DNA of 64,000 bases from Heterodontus francisci (Eukaryota), in assembly GCF_036365525.1 (NCBI RefSeq), contig NC_090404.1:12180550-12244549 (forward strand), in the 5' to 3' direction. Shown piece by piece: positions 48,500 to 62,000 of this stretch (the stretch's first letter is position 1; each line of letters opens with the position of its first letter). The notes beneath the pieces were generated by a model, which saw nothing but the letters and a program-made list of their open reading frames with translations, ran no database searches and was not told where the DNA came from. A program made the translations under genes and the position numbers.

Positions 48500-49540
48500 T
48501 GAGAGACAGTGGCAACATGGATGCGAAATTGGCTGAGTGACAGGAAACGGAGAACAACGTTTTTTATTTGGACTGGAGTACGGTTTGTAGTGGAATTCCC
48601 CAAGGGTTCAGTTTTAGGATGCATGCTGTTCTTGATATATTTTAATGACCTATACCTTGCTGTACAGGGAACACACTCAAAATTTGCAAAATCCGGAGAC
48701 ATTGTGAACTGTGTGGAGGACAGTGTAGAACTTTCAAAGAACATAGACAGGCTGGTGGAATGGGCGGACATGCAGAAGAGGAAATTTAAGGCAGAGAAAT
48801 GTGAAAAACGTGGAGAGGCAATGTAAAATAAAGGGTGCAATTCTAAAAGGGGTGCAGGAGCAGAATGACCTGTGTGCATATGTGAATAATTTTTTGAAGG
48901 TGGCAAGACAGGTTAAGATAGCGGTTAATGGAGCATACAGCATACTTGGCTTCAATAATATGTGCATAGAGTGCAAAAGCCATCAATGCATGTTGAAAAT
49001 TATATCGAACACTCGTTTGGCTTCAACTGGAATATTGCGTCCAGTTCTGGGCGCCAGAATTTAGGAAAGATGTGCAGGCATTGGAGAGCATGCAGAAAAG
49101 GTTCACGAGAATGGTTCCAGAGATAAAGAACTTCGGTTAGGTGGAAAAAAGTGGAGAATTTGGGACAGTTTTCTTTGGAGAAGAGACGGTTGAAAGGAGA
49201 TCTGATAGAGCTTTTTAAACTGATGTGGAGTCTGGACAGAGTAGATAAGGAAAAACTGTTCCCATTGATCGAGAACAAGAGGGCACACATTTAAGGACAT
49301 TATCAACAGAAGCAATGGTGACATGGTGACAGCGGCAGGTTAGGATCTGGAATGCACTGCGTGAGAGTGCGATGAAGTGATATTCAATCGAGGCATTCAA
49401 GAGAGAATTGGATTATTATCTGAAAAGGAAGAATGTGTCGGCCTCCGGGGAGATGGCGGTGCAGTGGCACTAGGTAAATTGCCCTTTCGGAGAGCTGGCG
49501 CAGACACGACGTGCCGAATGGCCTCCTGCTCTGATTCTGT
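48500..49540 (+). mobile_element. Degenerate CR1 RT/3' fragment
   Basis: WMRNWLSDRK..PKGSVLG..IYFNDL; CR1 3' tail. Confidence 0.8.
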
Positions 49541-50379
49541 GACAAAATGAATGAAGAAATTGTCGAAATGATTCGATTTGTTTTGATCTACAGACCATTG
49601 AGTTTGACAGAGACAGGCTGGAGAATCTGCTCCACTCAGGATAGGTGAACTCACCAATTCAATCCGAGTGGCTTCAAGGAGCACAACAAGACTTGAAACC
49701 ACGGAGTTTCTGATAGACTAGTCCCAGAGCTGCCAGTAGATGAAGGTATCGCCAAGAACCTTGTCTCAGCAGTTAATGGGCGACTCTGTAAGTGACTGTT
49801 TTAATACCGGCAGAGATCAACTTTTCCAGGCAGATGCTGCAGGGTGATTACTGCGGATTTGCCGCCATCTGGTGGAATAAATCAGAATTTCTCCCCACCA
49901 ATCTTTCCTTCAATAGGAGAACTTTTGTTTTGGAATTCATTTCGTGAGGCATTCATAAGGACACTACACCAAAACGGTTGTGATAATTAAATAATAAGTG
50001 CAGGACAAAGTACAGTTACAAAGTCAGATTGCTAAGAATCTTACCTACTAGGGCAATAGATACGCCAGAAATGGCATTGCACGTTCCCTTTGGGAGCAGA
50101 GCCGATCTCTTGCTCTGCACTGGGCCAAACTCGTATCTTTCACGTTTTTTTTGAACTTTTATGTGTCATATATTTTATAGTGTTAGTTACATCTTGCTAA
50201 CGTGATCACATTTCAATGTATTAATTTCATTACAAATTAATACTAAACACGTTAATTAAATTATACGAATTTCTTCAGTGTATCTGCATTTTTATTTGAC
50301 TCTCTGCATTGTCTCAGTTATTACTGTACAAGGCTCAGTCTCAAGTTTATATTACACACAGAACTATCTCAGTCAAGAT

Positions 50380-50820
50380 TCATTCAGGAGATGTGGGCGT
50401 CGCTGACTAGGCCAGCATTCATTGCCCATCCCTAATTGCCCTTGAGAAGGTGGTGTTGAGCTGCCTTCTTGAACCACTGCAGTTGTTGGTGTTCGGGTAC
50501 ACCAACAATCCTGTTAGGAAGGAAGTTACAGAACTTTGAACCCGTGACAGTAAAGGAATGGAGATATAGTTCCAAGTCAGGATGGTGTGTGGCTTGGAGG
50601 AGAACTTGCAGTTGATAGCTTTCCAAGCATCTGCTTCCTTTATTCTTCTAGGTGGTAGAGGTCACGGGTTTGGTAGGTGCTGGCGAAAAAACCTGGGTGA
50701 GTTGCTGAAGTGCATCTTGTAAATGGTATACACTGCTTCAACTGTCCGTCGGTGGTGAGGGAGTGAATGTTAAAGGTGGATGCCAATCAAGTGGGTGACT
50801 TTGTCTTGGATGGTGCGTCC
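50380..50820 (-). mobile_element. AAHHH-family LINE 3' fragment
   Basis: FKKAAQHHLLKGN on minus strand. Confidence 0.8.
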
Positions 50821-50866
50821 TATTATATCTCTTTTTATATTACACTCGATACTATCTTATTAATTG

Positions 50867-51026
50867 NNNNNNNNNNNNNNNNNNNNNNNNNNNNNNNNNN
50901 NNNNNNNNNNNNNNNNNNNNNNNNNNNNNNNNNNNNNNNNNNNNNNNNNNNNNNNNNNNNNNNNNNNNNNNNNNNNNNNNNNNNNNNNNNNNNNNNNNNN
51001 NNNNNNNNNNNNNNNNNNNNNNNNNN
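50867..51026. other. Assembly gap (160 N)
   Basis: Run of N. Confidence 1.
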
Positions 51027-52035
51027 TTCAAGAAAGGGGGTGACAGACAGCAAGAAACTATAGGCCAGGTAGCCTAACCTTTGTTATTGGTAAATGCTGG
51101 AATCTATTATTAAAGAAATTAAGGAAATCATTTGGCAGACGGTGAGGATGATACCAATCAACTTCAACAGGACATAGATAGGCTAGCAGAACGGGCACAC
51201 AAGTGTCAGATGTAAGTTAATACAGAGAAGTGTGAGGTGATGCATATGGGAAAAATGGATATGAAGAGGAAATAGAGACTAAATAGTACAGTTCTAAAGG
51301 GTTTACAGGGGCAGAGGGACCTGAGGGTTCCTGTGCATAGATCTTTAAAGGTGGCAGGACATATTGAGAGAATAGTTAGCAAAGCATATGGGATCTTGGA
51401 CTTCAGAAATAGAGGTATTGAGAGCTAAAGTAGGTAGTTATGCTGAGCCTTTACAAAACTCTGGTTCGTAGACAACGAAAGTATTACATCTGATCACCAC
51501 ATTTTTGGAAGGATGAGAGTGTCCTTGAGAGGGCGCAGAGAAGATTTACCAGAATGGTTCCAGAGATGAGGGATTTTAGTTACTAGGTTATGTTGGGAAA
51601 GCTGCGGTTGTTCTCCTTGGAACAAAAATATTGAGGGGCGATTTGGTAAAAGTGTGATTGTGTGTGTGAGAGAAGTGATTACGAAAGATTTGGGTAGGCA
51701 AGTCAAATAACAGCTATTCTCATTATCTGATGGTACAAGGACTAGGGGACACAGATTTAAGCTTTTGGGCAAGAGATGCAGGGGGTACATGAAGAAGAAC
51801 GTTTTTACACATTGAGTGGTAATAACCTGGAACTTGCTGCCCACAAGGGTGGTGGAATCAGAGACGATGAAATGTTTCAAAAAGAAATTGAATGCACACT
51901 TGAGGGAAATAAACTTGCAGGGCGAGGGGATGGAACCACTGAATGGAACTGTTTAGATTGCTCTACCGATAGCCAGTATGGACTTGGAGGGCTGAATGGC
52001 CCACTTCTGTGCCGTTATGATTCTATGACTCTGTA
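51027..52035 (+). mobile_element. Degenerate CR1 fragment
   Basis: agaagtgtgaggtgatgcat, agaagatttaccagaatggttcca and CR1 tail ..tatgattctatgactct. Confidence 0.75.
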
Positions 52036-52044
52036 ATGCAATCA

Positions 52045-52400
52045 GGTGGCACAGTGGCGCTGTGGTTAGCACCGCAGCCTCACAGCTCTAGCGACCCGGG
52101 TTCGATTCCGGGTACTGTCTGTGTGGAGTTTGCAAGTTCTCCCTGTGTCTGCGTGGGTTTTCTCCGGGTGCTCCGGTTTCCTCCCACAAGCCAAAAGACT
52201 TGCAGGTTGATAGGTAAATTGGCCATTATAAATTGTCACTAGTATAGGTAGGTGGTAGGGCAATATAGGGACAGGTGGGGATGTTTGGTAGGAATATGGG
52301 ATTAGTGTAGGATTAGTATAAATGGGTGGTTGATGGTCGGCACAGACTCGGTGGGCCGAAGGGCCTGTTTCAGTGCTGTATCTCTAATCTAATCTAATCA
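52045..52400 (+). mobile_element. HE1-type SINE, full length
   Basis: A/B-box tRNA head (tggcgctgtggttagc..ggttcgattcc), central conserved body, (ctaat)n tail. Confidence 0.9.
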
Positions 52401-53590
52401 ATGGATGTAATGTATTTGGATTTACAAAAGGCATTCAATAAGGTGCCACATAAAAGGTTACTACACAAGATAAGAGCTCATGGTGCTGAGGGCAATATAT
52501 TAGCATACATAAAGGATTGGCTAATTAACAGGAAACAGAGAGTCGGGTTAAATCGGGCATTTTCAGGTTGGAAAACAGTAACCAGCGTAGTGCCACAGGG
52601 ATCAGTGCTGGCTCCTCAACTATTTACAATCTATATTAATGACTTGGATGAAGGGACTGAGTGTATCATAGCCAAATTTGTGGACAATACGAAGATAGGT
52701 AGGAAAGCAAGTTGCAAGGAGGATGCAAACTGCGTGCAAGGAGATATAGATAGGTTAAGTTAGTGGGAAAAAATGGGCAGATGGAGTATAATGTGGGAAA
52801 ATGTGTGGTTGTCCACTTCGATAGGAAGGCTAGAAAAGCTGAATATTATTTACATGGAGAGAGACTGCAGAATACTGTGGTACAGAGGGATTTGGGTGTC
52901 CTCGCAAATTAATCACAAAATGTTAGCGTTCAGGTACAGCAAGTAATGAGGAAGGCAAATGGAATGTTGGTGTTTATTGAAAAGGGGATGAAGTATAAAA
53001 GTAAGAAAGTATTGTTACAACTTTACAGGGGATTGGTGAGAGCTCACTTAGAATATTGCATACAGTTTTGGTCTCCTTACTTAAGGAGGGATGTAATTGC
53101 ATTGGAAGCAGTTCAGAGAATTTTCACGAAGCTGATTTCTGGGGTTGTCTTATGAGAAATGGTTGAGCATGTTGGGCCTATACTCATTGGAGTTCACAAG
53201 ACTGAGAAATGATGTTATTGAAAGACATAAGATTCTGAGGGGGTTTGACAGGGCACATACTGAAAGGATGTCTCCACTCATGAAGGAATCTAGAACTAAG
53301 GGGCACAGTTTCAAAATAAGGGGTCTCCCATTTAAGACGGAGGTGAAGAAGAATTTCTTCTCTCAGCGGGTCGTCAGTATTTGGAACACTCTTCCCCAGA
53401 GAACAGTGGATGCTGGGTCATTGAAGATATTCAAAGCTGCTTTAGACAAATTTTTGATGTGCAAGAGAGTCAAGGGCTATGGCCAGCAGGAGTAAAGTGG
53501 AGTTCAGGCCACAATCAGACCAGCCATAAGCGTATTGAATGGTGGAGCTAACTCGAGGGACCAAATAACCTACTCCTGCCCCGATTTCTT
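52401..53590 (+). mobile_element. CR1 RT/3' fragment
   Basis: YLDLQKAFNKVPH, VPQGSVL, LEYCIQFWSPYL, WNTLP. Confidence 0.9.
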
Positions 53591-54167
53591 CTGTTCTTAT
53601 AGATAGACAGATCGACAGACAGACAAACAAATGGAAAGACAAATAGCTAAATAGATAGACAGTGTCAGTCGTATATTTAAATATAAATAAAATATACCTT
53701 TGTATGTTGAAAGAATACATTTCATTTTGTGAATAACTATCAGCACCTGTGTGCAATTTCTAATTGCTCTGGCATTACGTGGGGAATCTTTGCGTCAAAA
53801 GGATGAGTGAACCTTGAAACAATCTCACAGAGATGAACTGGGATTAAGGCACAGGACTAAAGGTGAGCAATATTGTACTGCACGTTACACTACTTAGTGA
53901 CAAAACTTTGTTGTGTTAAGGTTTACTAATTCATATTTGTGTTGTACTATGTCCATTGCTGACAGTTTTTTTTTAATGTGAAGGATTTTTTTATTTTGCA
54001 GGATTTTCGATTGAACTTTTGCCTCACCCACTGCTTGTGTTGGTCAGAGTCTGGAACCGTGTCCTCACAGCACCAGCAGATGGGCTGCCGTAGGGTCCTA
54101 ATGTCCACCCAATTATCTCTCTCTCAACTGGTTAAGAGGTGCAACTGAAAACATCTCATGTAATATG

Positions 54168-54478
54168 GGTGGCACAGTGGCGCAGTGGTTAGCCACTGGG
54201 GTTCAGTTCTGGGTACGACCTGTACGGAGTTTGCGAGTTCTCCCTGTGTCTGCGTGGGTTTCCACCGGGTGCTCCCACAGCCAAAGATAGGTTGATAGGT
54301 AAGTTGACCGTTGTAAATTGCCCCAAGTGTAGGTAGGTGGAAGGGGAATGGTGGGGATGTGGTAGACAATATGGGGTTAATGCAGGATTAGTGTAAATGG
54401 GTGGCTGTTGGTCGGCACAGACTCGGTGGGCCGAAGGGCCTGTTTCAGTGCTGCACCTCTAAATAAATAAAATAAAAT
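54168..54478 (+). mobile_element. HE1-type SINE with internal deletions
   Basis: Homologous to 52045-52400; (aaata)n tail. Confidence 0.85.
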
Positions 54479-54689
54479 ATGCTTTCTGTGTTAGTGGGAT
54501 TGTGTCTGTGCTCTCTGGTTGCCTGTATGTGCGAGTTGTATGGCTGTGTGTGGGTACACATAATTCTTAATGCTTGCAATGCATTGCACCAAGAGAAGTA
54601 ATTATGCCCACCTTCTGTTTTTCAGCATTTTATTCACCTTCGATTCACACAACATGTGATAACATTGCCAATCGTTTTATCGAAGACAA

Positions 54690-56435
54690 ATGTAGGTCCC
54701 TTACAGTCAGAAACGGGGCAATCTATAATGGGGAACAAAGAAATGGCAGAACAATGAAACACATACTTTGGTTCTGTCTTCACAAAGGAGGACACAAATA
54801 ACCTCCCAGAAATGTTAGGGAACCAAGAGTCCAACGAGAGGGAGGAACTGAAGGAAATCAATATTAGCAAAAAAATAGTGCAAGGGAAATTAATGGGATT
54901 AAAGGCTGACAAATCACCAGTGGATGCAGTGATGGTCATCTTCCAAAATGTTATTGACTCTGGAACAGTTCTTACAGATTGGAGGGTGGAAAATGTAACC
55001 CCACTATTTAAAAAAGCAGGGAGAAAAAAGCCTTACATCAGTAGTGGGGGAAATGCAAGAGTCTATTCTGAAAGATCTGATAGCAGAACACCTGGAAAGC
55101 ATAAACGGGATTGGACAAAGTCAGCATGGGTTTAGGAAAGGGAAATCATGCTGAACAAATGTTCTGGAGGTTTTTTTTGAGGATGTAACTAGCAGAATAG
55201 ATAAGGGAGAACAAGTGGATGTGGTGTATTTGGATTTTCAGAAGGCTTTTGATAAGGTCCCACTTAAGAGGTTAGTGTGCAAACTTAAAGCATATGGGAT
55301 TGGAGGTGATATACTGGCATAGATTGAGAATTGGCTGACAGACAGCAAACAGAGATTAGGAATAAATGGTCTCTTTCCGGGTGGCAGGCAGTGACTAGTG
55401 GGGTACCGCAGGGATCAGTGCTTGGGCCCAGGCTATTCACAATATATATTAACGATTTGGGTGAGGCGACTGAATGTAACATTTCCAAGTTTGCAGGCGA
55501 CACAAAGCTGGGGTGTAGGGGGTGGTGGGGAATGTGAGCTGTGAGGAGGATGCAAAGAGTCTTCAATGTGATTTGGACAAGTTAGGTGAGTGGGCAAATG
55601 CATGGTAGATGCAGTATAACGTGGATCAATGTGAGGTTATCCACTTTGGTTGTAAAAAGAGAAAGGCATATTATTATCTGAGTGGTGATAGATTGGGAAA
55701 GGGGAAGGTTCAACGAGACCTGGGTGCCTTTGTACACCAGTCGCTGAAAACAAGCATTCAGGTGCAGCAAGCACTTAGGTGGGCGAATGATATGTTGGCC
55801 TTCATTGCAAGAGGATTTGAGTACAGGAGCAAGGATGTCATACTGCAGTTATATAGGACATTGGTGAGACCACATCTGGAGTATTGTGTAAAGTCTTGGT
55901 CTCCTTATCTGAGGAAGGATGTTCTTGCCACAGAGGGAGTGCAAAGAAGATTTACTCAGCTGATTCCTGGGATGGCAGGATAGGCGTATGGGGAGAGATT
56001 GGGTCGACTAGGTCTATATTCACTGGAATTTAGAAGAATGAGAGGGGATCTCATAGACACCTATAACATTCTAACAGAGCCGGGCAGGCTAGATGCAGGA
56101 AGGATGTTCCCGATGGCTTGGGAGTCCCAAACCAGGAGTCACAGTCTCAGGATATGGGATATGCCATTTCGAACCGAGATGTGGAGAAATGTCTTCACTC
56201 AGAGGGTTGTGAACCTGTGGAATTCTCTACTGCAGAAGGCAGTGGAGGCCAAGTCATTAAATATATTCAAGAAGGGGATAGATATATTTCTTAATGCCAA
56301 AGGGATCAAGGGATATGGGGAGAAAGAAGGAACAGGGTACTGAATTAGAAGATCAGCCATGATCTTTTTTGAATGGTGGAGCAGGTCCGAATGATAGAAT
56401 GGCCTACTCCTGCCCCTATTTTTTTATGTTTCTAT
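54690..56435 (+). mobile_element. CR1 ORF2 fragment and 3' end
   Basis: [40 protein letters not shown]. Confidence 0.9.
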
Positions 56436-57924
56436 GTTTAATAACAATGACAAATATTCGCAACCCATTCTGTTGCAAGTTCTTGTTTCGAAAGCAATCT
56501 CACATTGAACATTCTGTTACCAAGGCGAGCACGTCTGTCACCGAACTCATTGAACCTCTCTCCTCTCTCTCAGACTGAGCTCACTGAACCTTTCTCCTCT
56601 CCCTCTTTTTCTCTGTCTCTCTCACTCAGACAGACCCTGACTCCCTTAAAATCTCCTGTTTTCGAATAATCCTCTGTGAGGAAAATTCATGTTGTTTGTT
56701 TCCCCTCATTTCTCCCAGTGATCATCCTCAATCCATGTTCTTCAGTGAATGCTTGAACACCCAAATGAACTCATGTCTTTTACTCTTGAAATGAGAATGG
56801 AGGTGAATGCAATGTTGAGTCCAGAAGCAATCAGTGTGCTGGTTCTTGGTGCTGTCAGAGTGAATCCACCCTCCACAGGCAGGATGACTGTTCATGGTGA
56901 TAACATGAAACAGACAGCTGCTGTTTCATTCTCAGGTAGCACAACTTCCTATTTCTCTGCTGCCGCTTCAAAACCGCACATCTCACTTCTGAGCAGAAAA
57001 TAAATCCAGGGGCCACAATCTGATGGAAACATCTGCTAAGGCGGCCTATATCTGGCCACAGAGTCGGTGCAGAGTCACACAGGTCACATTGTGGAAACAT
57101 TTACAAATGAACCTGTTGTTTCTGTTTCGAGTCTCTATTCCCGGACATAACTGGCAATGGATCAGTCACCGATCTCCCTCTGCTCTCTGGAGCCGGGAGC
57201 TGGTCGTTTGCTCCCTTTCATTTTATATAATTCCCTCTGTGTGTTCCTTGTTCGCCCATAACTCCGCTTTTATCTCTCACCACCTTCTGTTTCTGCCTTT
57301 TTATAGTCCCTCTCAGTTTTTCTCTCACTCTTTCTTTCTCTAATTTTCTCGCATCTTTTTCCATCTGCGTGTTCCTATTTAATAGAGATGTTCAAAATAA
57401 TAAGGAATTTTTGATAGATTATGTGAAGAGAAACAGGAGTTGCCCTCCATAGTGCAGAGAAGGTTAAAGGGAGATTTCATGGAAGTGTGCAAAATCAGAA
57501 AAGATTTTTCATAGATATGGAGAAACTGTTTCCAATAGCAGGAGGGTTTGTAACCAGAGGGCACAGAGATTTAAGATATTTGGAAACAGAACCAGAGGAA
57601 GAGATGAGGAGAATTTTGTTTTTAAACAGTGATTTATTGTGATCAGGAATGCACACCCTGAAAGGGTGCTGGAAGCAAATTGAATAGTAATTTTCAATGG
57701 GAACTGGATAAATATCTGAAGGGGAGCAAATTGGCTGCGTTATGGGGAATAGGACTAATTGGACAGATCACTCGTTTTTACTCTGAATTTTCCTCTGGTG
57801 AGGTTTTGAGGTTTGATCTTTTCAGTCATCATGTGCCTTGAACAGAAGATTTAAAACATTAGTTTCTGCAAACTGTCAGATCCAGCCCCGATGTTTCTGT
57901 GTAGCACGGGGACTGAAATAAAGA

Positions 57925-58185
57925 AAAAGAAAGACTTGAATTTCTATAGCGCTTTTCACAACCACCGGACATCTCAAAACGCTTTATAGCCAATGAAGTA
58001 CTTTTGAAGTGCGGTCACTATTGTAATGTAGAAGCACAGCAGCCAATTTGCAAACAACAAACTCCCACAAACAAAATTTAATCCTGCAATTTCGTGTCAG
58101 CCTTGATTTTCGTGCTCAGGCCCTGGAGTGGGTCTTGAACTGTGACTCAGAGGTGAGAGTGTTACCAACTAAGGCTCAGCTGACA
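57925..58185 (-). mobile_element. Deu-type SINE (SacSINE1-like) fragment
   Basis: tatagcgc.tttcacaacc..gctttatagccaatgaagtacttttgaagtg..cttgaac..tgactcagaggtgagagtgt; family assignment from recollection. Confidence 0.6.
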
Positions 58186-58837
58186 GCTGCAGAATGATGA
58201 GAAGGAACAGATTCTTTTCAGTGCCTCTGAGAAATGCACCATTGACACCTCAGATATCAGAAATCTCTGGAGTCCGCCACGTCTTCATGGTCACCCCCTT
58301 TTGTGCATCAGCTCTTAGTCAGGTGGAATCAGTCACATGCCTTTGTCATGATGTTTCCACACCGACATTATCACACAAATGCCTGTGTCACTCACCATGA
58401 CACAGAAGCCTGCACTGGGCCCAAAACATCATTATTTCCCTGCTCATTGTCTTCCTGTTGCAATCAGGCATTAGTTAGGCCCCCTGCCTTCCTCAATGTA
58501 AGAATACTTGCACTAAAAGCAGCTTGTGTTATTGATACACTGGAGCCCGCCTCTGTGATTATTATTATACCAGGTCCCAGTATATATTCAAGAAGGGGAT
58601 AGATATATTTCTGAATGCCAAATGGATCAAGGGATATGGGGAGAAAGTGGGAAAAGGGCACTGAGTTAGACGATCAGCCATGATCTTTTTTGAATTTTGG
58701 AGCAGGCCAGAAGGGCCGAATGGCCTACTCCTGTTTCTATTTTTGCATGTTTCTAAGACAGCAATTAACAAGATTAAACATATTATTCCATAGAGAAAAT
58801 GATTACACCCTCCCACACTCACAAATATATGGCGTGG

Positions 58838-59009
58838 AAATTGGTCTCAGGCAGTGGCACAGAACGAGCAGTATGGGATTGAATGCCTGACATCGACAGC
58901 GCCTGATATTTAATTCTGTTGACTGTAATGAAACTGAATATCAGGTGCGGCATACAACGGGCGAACGAGCCAATAGCGCCCGGTTTTGGCCGTCACACGA
59001 GACCAATTT
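58838..59009. mobile_element. Palindromic MITE-like element
   Basis: Terminal inverted repeat AAATTGGTCTC/GAGACCAATTT and inner cgcctgatatt..aatatcaggtg symmetry. Confidence 0.6.
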
Positions 59010-59049
59010 GCAGTTGAACATCTTTATTTATAATATATCTTCATCTCAT

Positions 59050-62000
59050 AGAAACATGGCCTAGTGCAGTGATAACCCGACAGGGCCAGGAACAATATAA
59101 ACATAGACAGGGTCTAGCTTGATATAAACAGAGACAGGGTCTAATTTAATATAAACAGAGACAGGTCTAGTTTAATATAAACAGAGACAGGGCTAGTGTA
59201 ATATAAACAGAGACAGGCTTTGGTGTAATATAAACAGAGACACGGTCCAGATTAATATAAACAGAGGCAGGGTCTATTGAAATTTGAACAGAGGCAGGGA
59301 CTAGTGTAAAATAACAGAGACAGGGCCGAGAGTAATATCAACAGAGTGCCTCGAATTATATAGCAGACAAAGGGTATTATAAACAGAACGGATCCAGTGC
59401 AATATAAACAAAGAAATAGTCTGGTGAAATATAGTCAGGAACAGGGCCTAGTGTAATATAAACAGAGACAGAGTCTTGCTCAATATAAACAGAGACTGGG
59501 TCTAGTTGAATATATACAGACACAGGTTCTAGTGTAATAGAAACAGAGACAGGGCCAGTGTAATATAAACAGACACGTGATCTAGTGTAATATAAACACA
59601 CGGGGTGCACTGTAATATAAACAGATACAGGGCCAACTGTAATATAAAAAGAGGCAAGCTATTGCTTAATACAAACAGAGACTGGGTCTAGTTCTATTCC
59701 CTCAGATACAAGTTCCAGTGTAATAGAAACAGAGACAGCATCGAGTGTAATATAAACAGAGATGGGGTCTTGTGTCACATTAACAGAGGCAGAGTGTAGT
59801 GTAATACAAACAGAGACACCATCTATTATAACATGGACGAAAGCAGGCTCTAGCTTAATGTAAACGGAGATAGGGTCTAGTGTGATATAAACAGAGAGAG
59901 GTCTAGTGTGATATAAACAGAGAGAGGTCTAGTGTGATATAAACAGACGGGTGGAGTGTAATATAAACAGAGACAGGGCCTAGTGTAATATAAACTTAGA
60001 CAGGGTCTGGATTAATATAAACAGAGACTGGGTCTAGTTGAATATACACAGATACAGGATCTATTGCAATAGAAACAGAGACAGAGCCGATTGTAATATA
60101 AACAGAGATAGGGCCTGTGGAATATAAACAGACACATGGTCTCGTGTAATATAAACACACGGGGTGTACTGTAATATAAACAGATACAGGGCCTAGTGTA
60201 ATATAAAGAGAGGCAGGATATTGCTTAACACAAACAGAGACTGTGTCTAGTTTAATATACTCAGATACAGGTTCTTGTAATAGAAACAGAGACAGCATCT
60301 AGTGTGAGATAAACCGAGGCAGGATCTAGTGTAATACAATCAGAGATGGGGTCTCGTCCAACATTAACAGAGGCAGAGTGTAGTGTAATACAAACAGAGA
60401 CACCATCTAGTATAATATAGACTAAAGCAGGCTCTATCTTAATGTAAACTGAGATAGGGTCCAGAGTGATATAAACAGAGAGAGGTCAAGTGTGATATAA
60501 ACAGACGGGGTGTAGTGTAATATAAACAAAGACAGTGCCTAGTGTAATATAAACAGAGACATGGTCTGGTTTAATATAAACAGAGACAGGGCTTAGTGCA
60601 ATAGAAACAGAAATTGGGTGGAGAGCAGTAACAACAGAGAAAGGCTCTAGTGTAATATAAACAGAGACACAGCGAAGTCCAATGATAACTGAGACAGAGT
60701 TGAGTGTAATATAAACTGATACAGGCCCTCGTGTAATATAAACTGAGACAGGGCACAATGCAGTAATAATTGAGATAGGATCTAGTGTAATATAAACAGA
60801 GGTAGGGTCTATTGCTATATAAGCAGAGACAGGGCCTAGTGGAGTAAGAACAGAGATTGGGTGTAGTGTAATATAAACAGAGGCAGGGCCTAGGGCAGTA
60901 AGAAGAGAGATAGGATTTCATGTAATATAAACAAAGGCATGGTCTAGCACAATATTAATGTAGGGAGAGGGCCTAGTTTAATATGAAGAGACAAGTTTCA
61001 GTGGAGTAATATTGCTCTAGTATAATAGGAACAGAGAAAGAGCCTTATGTAAGATAAATAGAGCAAGAGCTTAGTGTAATATAAACAGAGAAAGGGCCTA
61101 TTGTAATATAAATAGAGACAAAGCCTGCATTAATACAAACAGAGTCGGTGTCCAGGGTAATATTAACAGAGACAGGGTCTACGGTAATGAAAACAGAGAC
61201 AGAGTCTCGTGGAATATATACAGAGACAGGGCCAAGTGTAATATAAACTGAGACAGGACGTATTGTAATATAAACAGCGGCAAGTTCTCAGGTAATATAA
61301 ACAGAGAAAGGCCTAGTGCAATATAAAAGAGACAGGGTGTAGTAATATACACAGAGACAGGGTAAAATGTAATATAAACAGAGATAGGATCTAGTTTAAT
61401 ACAAACAGAGAAAGGGCCAACCATAATATAAACAGAGACAGGGTCAACATTAATAGAAACAGTGTGATACAGACAGAGACAATGTCAAGTGTCAGAAACA
61501 GAGATGGGGTCTAGTGTAATGCAAACCGAGACAGGGTATAGTGTAACAGAAGCATAGACGGCGTCTAGTTGCATATAAACAGGGACAGGGTATAGTGTAA
61601 TATTGACAGAGATTGGGTCTTGTGTAATATAAACAGAGACAGGGTACAGTGGAATATGAACAGAGGCAGGGCCTTGTACAATATAAACAGACATGTTCCA
61701 GTGTAATATAAACAGAGAGAGTGGTCCTAGTGTAATATAAACACAATACTAATGTAGAGAGAGGGCTTAGTTTGATCCGAAGAGACATGTTCCAGTGGAG
61801 GAATAACAGGGACATGGTCTAATGTAAGCTTAACAGAGACATTGACTACTCCAGCATTAATTGAGACTGGGTTTAGTGTAGTATAGCAGACACAGAGATT
61901 GGTGCAGTAATAACAGAGACTTTTGCGAATTTAATATAAGCAGAGTCATAGTTCTGTGTATTAATAAGTGAGACAGGGTCTAGAACAGTAATAATTGAGA

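Noticed and set aside
56700-57115. Possible IgSF exon remnant (minus-strand HNVTCVTLH)
   Set aside because: Single short motif, stops nearby, no Trp/Cys spacing or RSS.
59377-61815. LDPVSVYIT/PCLCLYYT repeat ORFs
   Set aside because: Translations of the 27-bp minisatellite; no gene structure.
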